Of a stretch of 64,000 nt of DNA, positions 44,825 to 54,184 are shown piece by piece (positions within the stretch are counted from its first letter, which is position 1; the number at the start of each line of letters is the position of its first letter). The translations under genes were made by a program, and so were the position numbers. The stretch is from contig JAAWQS010000005.1 of the NCBI GenBank assembly GCA_022800665.1, positions 109 through 64,108 of the forward strand. The letters run 5' to 3'. The notes beneath the pieces were generated by a model. The model saw only the letters and a list, made by a program, of their open reading frames with translations. It did no database searches and had not been told where the DNA came from. The stretch comes from Oscillospiraceae bacterium (GTDB taxonomy: Bacteria > Bacillota > Clostridia > Oscillospirales > Oscillospiraceae).

Positions 44825-47218
44825 CTAATCGGCGGTGTTGGACGTCTGGCCCATCTGCACCGTGACCACCGTACCGGCGGCAAGCTGGGTTCCCTCCGGT
44901 ATGGACTGGCTGATGGCCTGAATGCCCTGGGCGCCGCCGGCCCCGGCGGACTTCATAATCAGTCCCGCGTTGGCGATGGCCTTGTTGGCCTCCGCGGCGG
45001 ACAGGCCCACTACGCCGGGTACCGTACACAGCGCGCCGGACTTCTCCTCGCCCATGTACAGAATAATCTCCGCGCTGCCTGGGACAATGGCTCCGCCCTC
45101 CGGGGTCTGGTCCGTGACCGTCTCCCCGCTGCCCACGGTGCGGCAGGCGGCGAAGCCGTACTCCTTCAGCTTTGCCGCCGCGCCGTCCCTGGTCTCGCCG
45201 GTCAGGGCGGGGACGGTGCGGTCGGCGGCAGTCAGGGCATCATCCCCGTACTGGGGCGCAATGCCCAGATAGGGCAGGATATCCGCCATAATGGCGGAGG
45301 AGGCGGGGGCCACCATATTGCCGCCAGAAACATAAGTACCGGTGTTCCGGGAGGGGGTGTCCATGGTCAGGAGCATAATCACCTGGGGGTCGTCGGCGGG
45401 GGCAAAGCACAGGAACGAGACAATGACATCCTTTGTCTCCCCCTTCTCGTTCCGCTTGTCGGCGGTGCCGGTCTTGCCGCCGATGCGGTACCCGGCCACC
45501 TGCCCGTTCTTCCCGGTGCCCTCGGCCACCACAAACTCCAGAATCTCCCGCACCTTGGCGGAGGTCTTCTCGCTGATGACCCGGCGGACAGGGGCGTCGT
45601 CAAACTGCTTGACCACGCGGCCCTCCGGGTCCACCACCTGCTCCACCACATGGGGTTTGTAGAGGTATCCGCCGTTGATGCAGGCCGCCTGGGCGGTAAT
45701 GAGCTGGATGGGGGTGACGTTGAAGTTCTGACCGAAGGCGTAGCAGGCCAGGTCGATGTCCGCCCTGGAAAAGCTCTCGTACTCCGCGAAGATGCTCCCG
45801 GCCTCCCCCTGGAGGTCCACGCCGGTCCGGTCAAACAGCCCGAAGGACTCCAGATAGTCGTAATACTTTCTCGGCCCCACCTTCAGCCCCATCTCGATGA
45901 AAGCCGGGTTGCAGGAGTGTGCCACCGCCTCCTGCAGATTCTGCAGGCCGTGTCCTCCCTTTTTGCTGCACCGGATGACCCGGCCATCCACGGTCTTGCT
46001 GCCGGAGCAGTGGAAGGAACTGCCGCTGCCCACCAGATTCTCCTCCAACGCCATGGACAGCGTCAGAATCTTGTAGGTGGAACCCGGCTCATAGGTGTCG
46101 TTGACCGACTTGCTGCGCCACTGCAGCCGCTGCATGTCCCCCAGCGTCACCAGCTCCCCGTTTTCCTTCTCCGTCCCCACCCGCTGCTGGAGGGCGGGGT
46201 CAAAAATCTCACGGGGATTGTTCACGTCATAGGAGGGGCTGGAGGCAATGGCCAGGATCGCCCCGTTCCGGGGGTCCATGACGATGCCCTGTGCGCCGTT
46301 GGCGGCTCCGAACTGGTGGATCATGTTCTCCAGCCCCCGCTCCACATAGCTCTGGATATTGGCGTCAATGGTCAGGCGGAGGCTGTTGCCGTCCTCGGCG
46401 TCGTAGTACTGCTCAAACTGAAAGAGGGGGTCCGCGCCGGAGGCGTCCCTGGCCGTCACCGCCATGCCGGTTTTCCCGTCCAGATCGTCTTCATAAATGG
46501 CCTCCAGACCGTAGGCCCCGTGGTTGTCGCCGTCCAGAAAGCCGATGACGTGGGCGGCAAGGGAGCCGTAGGGATAGTACCGCTTGGCGTCGCTCTGGAG
46601 GTGGATGCCCTGGATGGTCCTGCCGGTGGGATTGCCGTCCCTGGTGATAAACGCCCGGACCCTGTCGCCCACCGTCTCCTTGTCCACGCGGCTCTTCAGG
46701 ATTTCATACCGGCTCCAGGTCCGCTCCATCTTCTCATACACGTCCTCCTTGTCAATCTCCAGCAGCTCCGCCATTGTCTCCGCCACCATGTCCTTATACG
46801 CCTGCCCCGTCAGCGGCAGGCCGGAGGTTTTCCCCTCCGCCAGCAGCTTCGACCGCTCCTGGTCCAGCTGCCGGGCATAGTCCTGGATGGCTCTTGGCTC
46901 CAGAAACACGGTGTCCGCCGTGGCGGAGACCGCCAGGACCGTGCCGTTGCGGTCGTAGATGGTCCCCCGCGAGGCGGAGATTGCCGTGCTCCGGGTCTGC
47001 TGCTGGGAGGCCCGCGTCTTCAGCTCCTCCCCCTGGTTCATGGTCAGGTCGTACGCTTTTGCAAACACCGCCAGGAACGACGCCGCGCCGAACAGCAGCA
47101 GCAGATAGATGGTCCGCCGCTGGATGACCTGCTTGGCCTTCCGGACGGAATCCACAGGCCGTTTCGGTCCGGCTGGTTCCCGCTGGGGTCTGGATTGCCG
47201 TGGAGATCGATGCGCCAT
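44825..47218 (-). CDS. class B penicillin-binding protein (PBP2B/SpoVD type) with two C-terminal PASTA domains, copy 2
   Basis: Same motifs as copy 1 and very high similarity to it. I prefer the ATG at 47218 (AAGGAGG SD) over 47272. Confidence 0.93.
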   Translation of the reverse strand: MAHRSPRQSRPQREPAGPKRPVDSVRKAKQVIQRRTIYLLLLFGAASFLAVFAKAYDLTMNQGEELKTRASQQQTRSTAISASRGTIYDRNGTVLAVSATADTVFLEPRAIQDYARQLDQERSKLLAEGKTSGLPLTGQAYKDMVAETMAELLEIDKEDVYEKMERTWSRYEILKSRVDKETVGDRVRAFITRDGNPTGRTIQGIHLQSDAKRYYPYGSLAAHVIGFLDGDNHGAYGLEAIYEDDLDGKTGMAVTARDASGADPLFQFEQYYDAEDGNSLRLTIDANIQSYVERGLENMIHQFGAANGAQGIVMDPRNGAILAIASSPSYDVNNPREIFDPALQQRVGTEKENGELVTLGDMQRLQWRSKSVNDTYEPGSTYKILTLSMALEENLVGSGSSFHCSGSKTVDGRVIRCSKKGGHGLQNLQEAVAHSCNPAFIEMGLKVGPRKYYDYLESFGLFDRTGVDLQGEAGSIFAEYESFSRADIDLACYAFGQNFNVTPIQLITAQAACINGGYLYKPHVVEQVVDPEGRVVKQFDDAPVRRVISEKTSAKVREILEFVVAEGTGKNGQVAGYRIGGKTGTADKRNEKGETKDVIVSFLCFAPADDPQVIMLLTMDTPSRNTGTYVSGGNMVAPASSAIMADILPYLGIAPQYGDDALTAADRTVPALTGETRDGAAAKLKEYGFAACRTVGSGETVTDQTPEGGAIVPGSAEIILYMGEEKSGALCTVPGVVGLSAAEANKAIANAGLIMKSAGAGGAQGIQAISQSIPEGTQLAAGTVVTVQMGQTSNTAD

Positions 47219-47322
47219 AGATGCCTCCTTTTCAGGGCGAAATGGCCGGGCGCTCCGCGCACGGCCAATCAATGCGCCGCGCCATTGCCGGGCGGCAGGT
47301 CTCTATCTGAGTATACTTCCTG

Positions 47323-47925
47323 CTACTGGAAATATTCCTTGATCTCCTCAATCAGCGTCTTTACCTTGGCCACAATGCGGTCCCCGAAGCTCAGGTCATT
47401 GTCGCCGTAGGATACGGCCCGGTTCTCGCCGGGCAGGTCGATGTAATAGATCTGGCTGTCACTGGGCTGGGTCATACCGGCGGCCTCCGCCGACTCCTTC
47501 ACCGACGTGAGGTCAAAGGCCTGCTCGTAGCGGGTCAGCAGAGACACCTGCTGGGTCTCCAGCTCCTGAATCTGGCTCTTCATGTCCACGATACTGCGGG
47601 AGATGGCGTTCAGCCGCACGTAGCACAGCAGCACCAGCACCGTCAACGCCGCTGTGGCGGCAAAGCACACAACCACGCCCGGCGACAGCTTCTGGGCGGC
47701 GCGGACCGCGGCTCTGGCTGCCGCCCGCTGGCGGGAACGCCGCTCCATTGCCGTCTCCTGGGGGCGGCGGTACTGCCGTTCAAACTCCGGCTGCCGGCTC
47801 CGCTCCGGGCGGCGTTCCAGTTCATAACTGTCCAGCTTCCGGGCCAGGTTGCCCTCCGTAGCTCTGGGGACGGGGCGTCTTCTTCTGTTTTTGCTTGTGT
47901 TGGACGCCACGCTGTTCCCTCCCAT
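47323..47925 (-). CDS. FtsL-like cell division protein (basic N-terminus, single TM, coiled coil)
   Basis: Sits in the ftsL slot between rsmH and the PBPs. It has a TM helix (VVCFAATAALTVLVLLCYV) followed by a heptad region. An alternative GTG start at 47910 has a better SD. Confidence 0.7.
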   Translation of the reverse strand: MGGNSVASNTSKNRRRRPVPRATEGNLARKLDSYELERRPERSRQPEFERQYRRPQETAMERRSRQRAAARAAVRAAQKLSPGVVVCFAATAALTVLVLLCYVRLNAISRSIVDMKSQIQELETQQVSLLTRYEQAFDLTSVKESAEAAGMTQPSDSQIYYIDLPGENRAVSYGDNDLSFGDRIVAKVKTLIEEIKEYFQ

Positions 47926-47946
47926 CCCGCAGCTATACGGCCCTTC

Positions 47947-48885
47947 TTATATCCGCTCCGCAATCCGCAGTTTTGCGCTGCGGGCGCGGGGATTTTCCGC
48001 CAACTCCTCCGGTCCGGGCGTCACCGGCTTGCGGGCTGCCAGCTTTAATTTCGGCTTCTTTCCGCACACGCACACCGGAAACTGGGGCGGGCAGGTACAG
48101 CCGGTGGCCAGCGTCTTCAAGGTCTGCTTGACGATCCGGTCCTCCAGGCTGTGGAAGGTAATCACCGCCAGCCGTCCCCCCGGCTTTAGCCCCTCCGCCG
48201 CTGCCGCCAGCATGGGCGGCAGGGCATCCAGCTCGCCGTTGACAGCGATGCGCAGGGCCTGGAAGCTCCGCTTGGCGGGATGCTGCTTCTCCCGCAGGGC
48301 GGCGGCGGGCATAGCGGAACGGATCACCTCCACCAGCTCTCCGGTGGTGGCGATGGGCCTGTCCTCTCTCCGGCGGACGATGGCCTGGGCGATCCGGGGA
48401 GCGTACCGCTCCTCGCCGAATTCAAATAAAATCCGCCGCAGCTCCTCCTGGCTCCAGGTATTCACGATTTCCGCGGCGTTCAGGGCCTCGCTCTCATCCA
48501 TACGCATATCCAAAGGCGCGTCGTGCATGTAGCTGAACCCCCGGCGGGCCTCGTCCAGCTGGGGGGAGGACACGCCCAAATCAAAGAGCATCCCGTCCAC
48601 AGGGCCTGTCCCGGTCTCCGCCAGAATGGGGCCCAGGCCGCTGAAGTTGCCGTGGACCAGCGTCACCCGGTCCTGAAACGCCGCCAGCCGTTCTCTGGCG
48701 GCCTCAATGGCCGTCAGGTCCCGGTCAATGCCCACCAGCCGCCCGCCGTCCAGGCGGCGCAGCAGCTCCAGGGCATGTCCGGCCCGGCCCAGCGTACCGT
48801 CCAGATAGGTTCCGCCGGGCCGAATAGCCAACGCCTCCATGCACTCGGCCAGCAGTACCGGCTTATGTCCATAATCCTTGTCCAT
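47947..48885 (-). CDS. rsmH: 16S rRNA (cytosine1402-N4)-methyltransferase
   Basis: HKPVLL, a GGTYLDGTLGRAGH SAM motif, and FHSLEDR. The ATG at 48885 abuts the mraZ stop. Confidence 0.95.
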   Translation of the reverse strand: MDKDYGHKPVLLAECMEALAIRPGGTYLDGTLGRAGHALELLRRLDGGRLVGIDRDLTAIEAARERLAAFQDRVTLVHGNFSGLGPILAETGTGPVDGMLFDLGVSSPQLDEARRGFSYMHDAPLDMRMDESEALNAAEIVNTWSQEELRRILFEFGEERYAPRIAQAIVRRREDRPIATTGELVEVIRSAMPAAALREKQHPAKRSFQALRIAVNGELDALPPMLAAAAEGLKPGGRLAVITFHSLEDRIVKQTLKTLATGCTCPPQFPVCVCGKKPKLKLAARKPVTPGPEELAENPRARSAKLRIAERI

Positions 48886-48886
48886 A

Positions 48887-49303
48887 TCAGAATCCCAACT
48901 CTTCCATTGCCGCCGCCAGATTTTCCGGGTCCAGGCCGGCCTCCTCGATGGGCGCCCACCGCTCCGGATTCCACAGCTCCAGGCACCTGGACGCGCCGTT
49001 GATGACGACTTCCTTCTCCAACGCGGCGTACCGGCGCAGTTTAACAGGTATAAGAATGCGGCCCTGTGCATCCGGCTCGCACTTGGCGGCATTGGCAAAC
49101 AGGGTGCGCATGGAGCGGGCTTTCGCGAGGGGGAGGGCGTCGAACTTGGCGGTCAGCTCCGCCCATTTAGCGTCGGAGTATACGGACAGGCACCCATCCA
49201 GGCCGATGGTGACATAAAAGGTCTCCCCCAGCTCCTCCCGGTACTTGGCGGGAATGAACAGGCGGCCCTTAGCGTCGATATTATGCTGGTATTGCCCGAT
49301 CAC
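48887..49303 (-). CDS. mraZ: transcriptional regulator MraZ
   Basis: (V)IGQYQHNIDAKGRLFIPAKYR aligns with the canonical MraZ N-terminus, and a second DxxGR repeat (DAQGRILIP) is present. GTG start at 49303. Confidence 0.9.
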   Translation of the reverse strand: MIGQYQHNIDAKGRLFIPAKYREELGETFYVTIGLDGCLSVYSDAKWAELTAKFDALPLAKARSMRTLFANAAKCEPDAQGRILIPVKLRRYAALEKEVVINGASRCLELWNPERWAPIEEAGLDPENLAAAMEELGF

Positions 49304-49376
49304 GTCCCCACCTGCTTTCCCGTCCGGGTGGGGCGGCTGTTTTTCCAGCCGCCGGCAGACACTGCGGGGCTTTCGC

Positions 49377-49401
49377 CCTACCTTCCCCCACTTCTCCCCA
49401 C
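49377..49401 (-). promoter_or_regulatory. three direct GTGGG/GTAGG boxes at 10-bp phasing (candidate MraZ operator)
   Basis: The minus strand reads GTGGGGAGAA-GTGGGGGAAG-GTAGGGCGAA, just downstream of the Pmra -10. Confidence 0.55.
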
Positions 49402-49411
49402 TTTGGTAAAT

Positions 49412-49440
49412 AGTATACGGCATATCGCCCTGAATTGCAA
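49412..49440 (-). promoter_or_regulatory. sigma-70-type promoter TTGCAA-17 nt-TATACT (Pmra)
   Basis: Hexamers on the minus strand (-35 at 49435-49440, -10 at 49412-49417). Confidence 0.5.
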
Positions 49441-49637
49441 GCACAACTTTTTTTCTTTTTTTGGCGAATTAGGGTGTATTTTGCAAAAAAGCCGTAGAAA
49501 TTCATCATGAAAAACATTTGTTCCGGGTACAACTCCCTCAAAAAAACAAAACACCTTCAGCACAAAATGTTGCGCCAAAGGTATTTCCTTCGCCCATATG
49601 TAGTTCCTTTTTCTGGTAAAAAGGCGGCAATCCGCCG

Positions 49638-50159
49638 TCACCGCCTTCGGTCTATATCGCCCCGCTGCTCCTCCAATTTGCTCCGCTGGGCCTGCAGCTT
49701 CTCGTTGGAAACGGCCCGGAACCTGGCACGGGATTCCCGAATCTCCTCCAGGGCCATCTGGATGGCCTCCTCTGTGCGGCGCAGGGCGTCGTCTGTGTAC
49801 TCGTTGGCCACGCCGATCATGCCGTTGGCACGGTCCCCGGCCTGCCGGATCATCTGCTGGGCCTTGTCCCTGGCAATGCGGGTGATCTCGCTCTCATCCA
49901 CAATGGTCTTCGCGTCCATATCCGCCTGGCGGCGGATTTTCTCCGCCTCCTTCTTGGCGTTTTCCACATACTCGTCCCTGGCGCGGATCAGGTCCTGGGC
50001 CTTTTTCAGCTCGGCAGGGAGCTGGCCCCGCAGGTCGTCCAGCAGATCCAGAGCGTCCTCCCGCACAATCACGCACTTGTCCCGTGCCATGGGCATCGCC
50101 TTTGCGCTGTCGATCATCTCATAGAGCATGTCAATTAAATATTGCACATCATTTGCCAT
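49638..50159 (-). CDS. coiled-coil protein of unknown function (ATPase b/E-subunit-like heptad composition)
   Basis: 173 aa, Glu/Arg/Ala-rich helical sequence, directly downstream of coaD. Confidence 0.6.
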   Translation of the reverse strand: MANDVQYLIDMLYEMIDSAKAMPMARDKCVIVREDALDLLDDLRGQLPAELKKAQDLIRARDEYVENAKKEAEKIRRQADMDAKTIVDESEITRIARDKAQQMIRQAGDRANGMIGVANEYTDDALRRTEEAIQMALEEIRESRARFRAVSNEKLQAQRSKLEEQRGDIDRRR

Positions 50160-50162
50160 TAG

Positions 50163-50651
50163 TCATCGCACCTTTCCTTCTGCGGCCTTCAGCACAGCGG
50201 CCAGCGCGCCCGCAGGCACGCAGCCGTCCAGGCTCTGGCGGTAACGGAGCATTTCCCGCGCCATTGTCGAGCTGATATGCAGATGTTTTTCTTGGGCTGG
50301 AAAGAAGACCGTGTCCAGCTCCTGCCACAGGCCCCGGTTGATCTGGGCCATCTGGAACTCCCAGTCAAAGTCTGTACAGCCGCGCACGCCTTTGACCAGC
50401 GTACGCGCCCCCTGCTCTCTGGCGAAATCCGCCAGCAGTCCGCCGCACTGGACGGCCTGGGCGTTGGGAATATGGGAAATAGCAGCGCGGAGAAATTCCA
50501 GACGTTCCTCCATAGAAAAAAAGGGGCGTTTTCCGCCGTTGACCATAATGCACACGATCAGCCGGTCAAACACAGCCGCCGCCCGCTCAATAATGTCCAG
50601 GTGGCCCACGGTGACGGGGTCGAAGCTGCCCGGCAGGATAGCGGTGTTCAT
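50163..50651 (-). CDS. coaD: phosphopantetheine adenylyltransferase
   Basis: PGSFDPVTVGHLDII motif and typical length. Confidence 0.95.
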   Translation of the reverse strand: MNTAILPGSFDPVTVGHLDIIERAAAVFDRLIVCIMVNGGKRPFFSMEERLEFLRAAISHIPNAQAVQCGGLLADFAREQGARTLVKGVRGCTDFDWEFQMAQINRGLWQELDTVFFPAQEKHLHISSTMAREMLRYRQSLDGCVPAGALAAVLKAAEGKVR

Positions 50652-51199
50652 CCCTCCACCTCCTTGTGGTACGTGGTGATTTTGACCTGTCCATAGCGGT
50701 AGGTCCTATGCAGGAAATAAGGGGGCGGGAGGGAGGGCATCTCCTGCTGAGCAGGCGATTCGCAGACTATTATACCATGGTCTGACAAAATGTCAAATCT
50801 GGAAATGGAATTTAACGCATTTTCCCAGAGTCCTGCGGCAAAGGGCGGGTCGATGAGGATGATGTCAAACGTCTCCTTTGCGGACTGGAGGAAGGCAAAG
50901 GCGTCGCCGCCCACCACGCGGGCGGAACCGGCCAGGCCCGTCAGCGTCAGGTTGTCCCGGATCAACGCCGCCGCCTCCCTGCGCTGCTCCACAAACACGG
51001 CGCTGGCCGCGCCCCGGCTCAGGGCCTCGATGCCCAGCTGCCCGGTACCGGCAAAGAGGTCCAGCGCCCGGCGGCCCTCCAGGTCAAACTGGAGGATGCT
51101 GAAGATGGCTTCCTTGACCCGGTCCGTGGTAGGGCGGGTATCCATTCCCGCCAGCTCCTTCAGCTTTCTGCCCCTGGCAGAACCGGTGATTACTCTCAT
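50648..51199 (-). CDS. rsmD: 16S rRNA (guanine966-N2)-methyltransferase
   Basis: MRVITGSARGRKL...RPTTDRVKEAIFSIL N-terminus, a DLFAGTG SAM motif, and DPPF. Confidence 0.92.
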   Translation of the reverse strand: MRVITGSARGRKLKELAGMDTRPTTDRVKEAIFSILQFDLEGRRALDLFAGTGQLGIEALSRGAASAVFVEQRREAAALIRDNLTLTGLAGSARVVGGDAFAFLQSAKETFDIILIDPPFAAGLWENALNSISRFDILSDHGIIVCESPAQQEMPSLPPPYFLHRTYRYGQVKITTYHKEVEG

Positions 51200-51341
51200 A
51201 ACAGCTTCCTTTCCAATGCCGGAGGCCCCCCGCGCAGAGGGCTGTCCGGTGTATCATATAGATAATATGTCAAACGGAAAGATTTTTCAATAGGTTTCTG
51301 CCAGCTTTTTTACAGTTTTTTTCAATCCCGCTTTTTTCTAC

Positions 51342-51370
51342 TTGTTATCCAGAAAAAAATGGTATATAAT
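51342..51370 (+). promoter_or_regulatory. sigma-70-type promoter TTGTTA-17 nt-TATAAT upstream of asp23
   Basis: Hexamers at 51342-51347 and 51365-51370. Confidence 0.45.
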
Positions 51371-51413
51371 AGACCCACTGTATAATTTGTTTCCCGCTGA
51401 AAGGATGGTTTCC

Positions 51414-51779
51414 ATGATAAAGCTACAGTCAACCAAGGGCGAGATCAGCATCAGCGACGCAGTCTTCACCAATATCACCGGCAACGCCGCCACCAATTGC
51501 TTCGGCGTGAAGGGAATGGCCTTCCGCTCCATGACCGACGGCCTGGTCCATCTCCTGCGCAAAGAGGCCATGAGCAAGGGCGTGCAGGTGATCTACAACG
51601 AGGACGCCACTGTCTCCATCCGCCTGCACATCATTGTCGAGCACGGCATCAACATCACCGCCGTCTGCCGCTCCATTATGAGCGAGGTCCAATACAAGGT
51701 CAGCAAGTACACCGGGATCCCCGTCAAGAGCGTGGACGTCTGTGTGGACTCTGTGGTATCGAATTCCAAGGGGGTATAA
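51414..51779 (+). CDS. Asp23/Gls24-family envelope stress protein
   Basis: GEISISDAVFTNITGNAA...GVKGM pattern, conserved pairing with the DAK2 gene. I prefer the ATG at 51414. Confidence 0.88.
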   Translation: MIKLQSTKGEISISDAVFTNITGNAATNCFGVKGMAFRSMTDGLVHLLRKEAMSKGVQVIYNEDATVSIRLHIIVEHGINITAVCRSIMSEVQYKVSKYTGIPVKSVDVCVDSVVSNSKGV

Positions 51780-51785
51780 CACAAG

Positions 51786-53450
51786 ATGATGCATACGATC
51801 GACGGAATCCAGTTTAAGCAAATGATCCTCCACGGCGCCGCCGCCATCACCCAGCAGAAACAGCAGATCAACGACCTCAACGTCTTCCCCGTCCCCGACG
51901 GCGACACCGGCACCAATATGAGCCTGACCATCGGGGCCGCGGCGTCGGAGCTGAAAAAAAACGGAGACAGCAGTATCGGCCAGACCGCCGCCGCCGCCGC
52001 AGGCGCACTGCTGCGGGGCGCACGGGGCAACTCCGGCGTCATTCTCTCCCTGCTCTTCCGGGGTCTGTCCAAGGCCCTGAAGGGCCACGAAACCGCCGAC
52101 GGCGCACTGCTGGCCGCAGCCATGCAGGAGGGCGTCGCCGCCGCCTACGGCGCGGTGATGAAGCCCGCCGAGGGTACGGTGCTCACCGTCTCCCGCCTGG
52201 CGTCGAAGCGGGCGGTGGAAGCCGCCGCTGAGAACAGCGACGTGGACTATGTGCTGGCCGAGGCCCTGCGGGAGGGATACGATGCGCTGGCCCAGACCAC
52301 CGGCATGAACCCTGTGCTGAAAAAGGCAGGGGTGGTGGACGCCGGCGGCAAGGGATATCTGGTCATTCTGGAGGGAATGCTGGCATCCCTGCGGGGAGAG
52401 GCTGTCCCGGAATTGGACGAGGAGAGCGGTCCCAGGCGGGAAAAGGCCGACTTCAACAGCTTCTCCTCCGAGGAGATCACCTTCGCCTTTGACACCGTGT
52501 TTATCGTCCGTAAGAAGGAGCCGGACCTGGATCTGAACCCCCTGCGGGCCTATCTGGGCAGCATTGGCGACAGTCTGGTCATCGGCGAGGACGACGAGGC
52601 GTTCAAGGTCCACGTCCACACCAACACGCCGGGCAGCGCATTGAATGAGGCCCAGAAGTTCGGCACCCTGGAGCTGGCTAAAATCGAGAACATGCGCACC
52701 CAGCAGGAGGATTTGGCCGCGGGAAAGACGGTCCAGTGCGTGGACGACCTGGAGGAAGACGGCGGCGATGCGGACGCCCCCGCCGTACCGGAGAAGCCGT
52801 ACGGCTTTTTGGCCGTGTGCGCCGGAGACGGTCTGGCCGCTGTGTTCCAGGACCTGGGCGCGGATGGAATCATCTCCGGCGGGCAGACCATGAACCCGTC
52901 TACAGAGAGCATTCTCAAGGAGATTGAGCGGGTACCGGCCCGGACAGTCTTTGTTCTGCCCAACAACAAGAACATTATTATGGCCGCACAGCAGTGCGCG
53001 GGGCTGACCTCGAAGGAAGTGGTGGTCGTCCCCACGGAGACCGTCCCCCAGGGCATTACCGCAATGATGACCGTGGACCCGGAGCTGGAAAAGGACGCGC
53101 TGCTGGAGACGATGGGATCGGCAATCGGGAATGTGTCCACGGCGCAGATTACCTACGCGGCCCGGAACAGCGACTTTGACGGATTTGAGATCAGCGAGGG
53201 CGATTACCTGGCTCTGCTGGACGGCAAGCTGTTTGGGACGGACCGGGATATCACCGTTCTCCTGGAAAAGCTGGCTCAGGAGGCCGGAAACCGGGGCGCG
53301 GAGTTCATCACCCTGTTCTCCGGCGAGGATGTGGCGCAGGAACAGGCGGACAAGGCCCAGGAGATTTTCTCCGGTCACTGTCCGGACGCGGAGCTGTCCG
53401 TACTGCCTGGCGGACAGCCGGTGTATTATTATATTATCAGCATTGAATGA
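51786..53450 (+). CDS. DAK2-domain protein (YloV-like, DhaL-type nucleotide-binding domain plus C-terminal domain)
   Basis: VFPVPDGDTGTNM motif, length, and position after asp23. Confidence 0.9.
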   Translation: MMHTIDGIQFKQMILHGAAAITQQKQQINDLNVFPVPDGDTGTNMSLTIGAAASELKKNGDSSIGQTAAAAAGALLRGARGNSGVILSLLFRGLSKALKGHETADGALLAAAMQEGVAAAYGAVMKPAEGTVLTVSRLASKRAVEAAAENSDVDYVLAEALREGYDALAQTTGMNPVLKKAGVVDAGGKGYLVILEGMLASLRGEAVPELDEESGPRREKADFNSFSSEEITFAFDTVFIVRKKEPDLDLNPLRAYLGSIGDSLVIGEDDEAFKVHVHTNTPGSALNEAQKFGTLELAKIENMRTQQEDLAAGKTVQCVDDLEEDGGDADAPAVPEKPYGFLAVCAGDGLAAVFQDLGADGIISGGQTMNPSTESILKEIERVPARTVFVLPNNKNIIMAAQQCAGLTSKEVVVVPTETVPQGITAMMTVDPELEKDALLETMGSAIGNVSTAQITYAARNSDFDGFEISEGDYLALLDGKLFGTDRDITVLLEKLAQEAGNRGAEFITLFSGEDVAQEQADKAQEIFSGHCPDAELSVLPGGQPVYYYIISIE

Positions 53451-53456
53451 TTTTTT

Positions 53457-53480
53457 GAGGGACGGCGTTGGCCGTCCCTC
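53457..53480 (+). terminator. hairpin terminator after the DAK2 gene
   Basis: GAGGGACGGC-GTTG-GCCGTCCCTC followed by ATTTCAATATTTT. Confidence 0.6.
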
Positions 53481-53483
53481 ATT

Positions 53484-54104
53484 TCAATATTTTAATTCCT
53501 TCAGCCGCTCCAGGAGATGATTTGCCGCGTAAAACGTGGTTTCAAAGCGCATAAAGTCCAGGGTATTGGTATCCCACATGATTTTCAGCGCGGCGTCAAA
53601 TTCCTCGTCCGCGTCCCAGAACTGGAGAATGACCGGCATAAAATCAAAGAGCGGAATCCGGTAGGACACATCCCCTACCTTCTGCGCCGAGCCGCCCAGC
53701 CGTTCGCACGCCCGCCGCAGGGCATCGCAGTTGTTGGCGAAAATCCGGGCAGTTTCGGCATAGGTTCCCGTTCCAGGCGCGGAGATGTTTGCGATGCCGG
53801 GCAGATTTGTTACTGTGGCATATTCGCCGCTCAAGTGGCAGCCGGGTTTCGAGCAGCACAGGACGTCGAAGATGGTCATGCTCTCGTTGAATCCGGCGTG
53901 GACAAATCCGGAACCATCCGCCAGACATCGCTCCACCCGGCCCGTCTGCCGGTCAATGCGGTACCGCTCCCCTACAAAGTCGATAAACAGATGCCGGGGC
54001 GTGTGCTGCAGGTGAAACCTTTGCACCATCTGCTCCTGATCGTAGCGGACAAATTCCTGCTCCATTTTGTTGCGCGTGATCTCATAGTTTGATATGACTG
54101 CCAT
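53484..54104 (-). CDS. DUF3786-domain protein
   Basis: NYEITRNKMEQEFVRYDQEQMVQRF...RYRIDRQTGRVE resembles DUF3786. ATG at 54104 with AAGGAGA SD. Confidence 0.75.
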   Translation of the reverse strand: MAVISNYEITRNKMEQEFVRYDQEQMVQRFHLQHTPRHLFIDFVGERYRIDRQTGRVERCLADGSGFVHAGFNESMTIFDVLCCSKPGCHLSGEYATVTNLPGIANISAPGTGTYAETARIFANNCDALRRACERLGGSAQKVGDVSYRIPLFDFMPVILQFWDADEEFDAALKIMWDTNTLDFMRFETTFYAANHLLERLKELKY

Positions 54105-54155
54105 TCTGTCTTCTCCTTTTTCGCGTTCTGGCGTGATATCCGAGCGTCCCATTTA

Positions 54156-54184
54156 TTGACAGAAGCCTCCTCTGGGTGTACAAT
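54156..54184 (+). promoter_or_regulatory. orphan consensus sigma-70 promoter TTGACA-17 nt-TACAAT
   Basis: Hexamers at 54156-54161 and 54179-54184. No convincing ORF in the next ~220 nt. Confidence 0.45.

Noticed and set aside
51414-53450. The Asp23 + DAK2 (YloV-like) pair as a candidate novel system
   Set aside because: This pairing is widely conserved in Firmicutes and well known, even if mechanistically under-studied. Nothing is atypical here.
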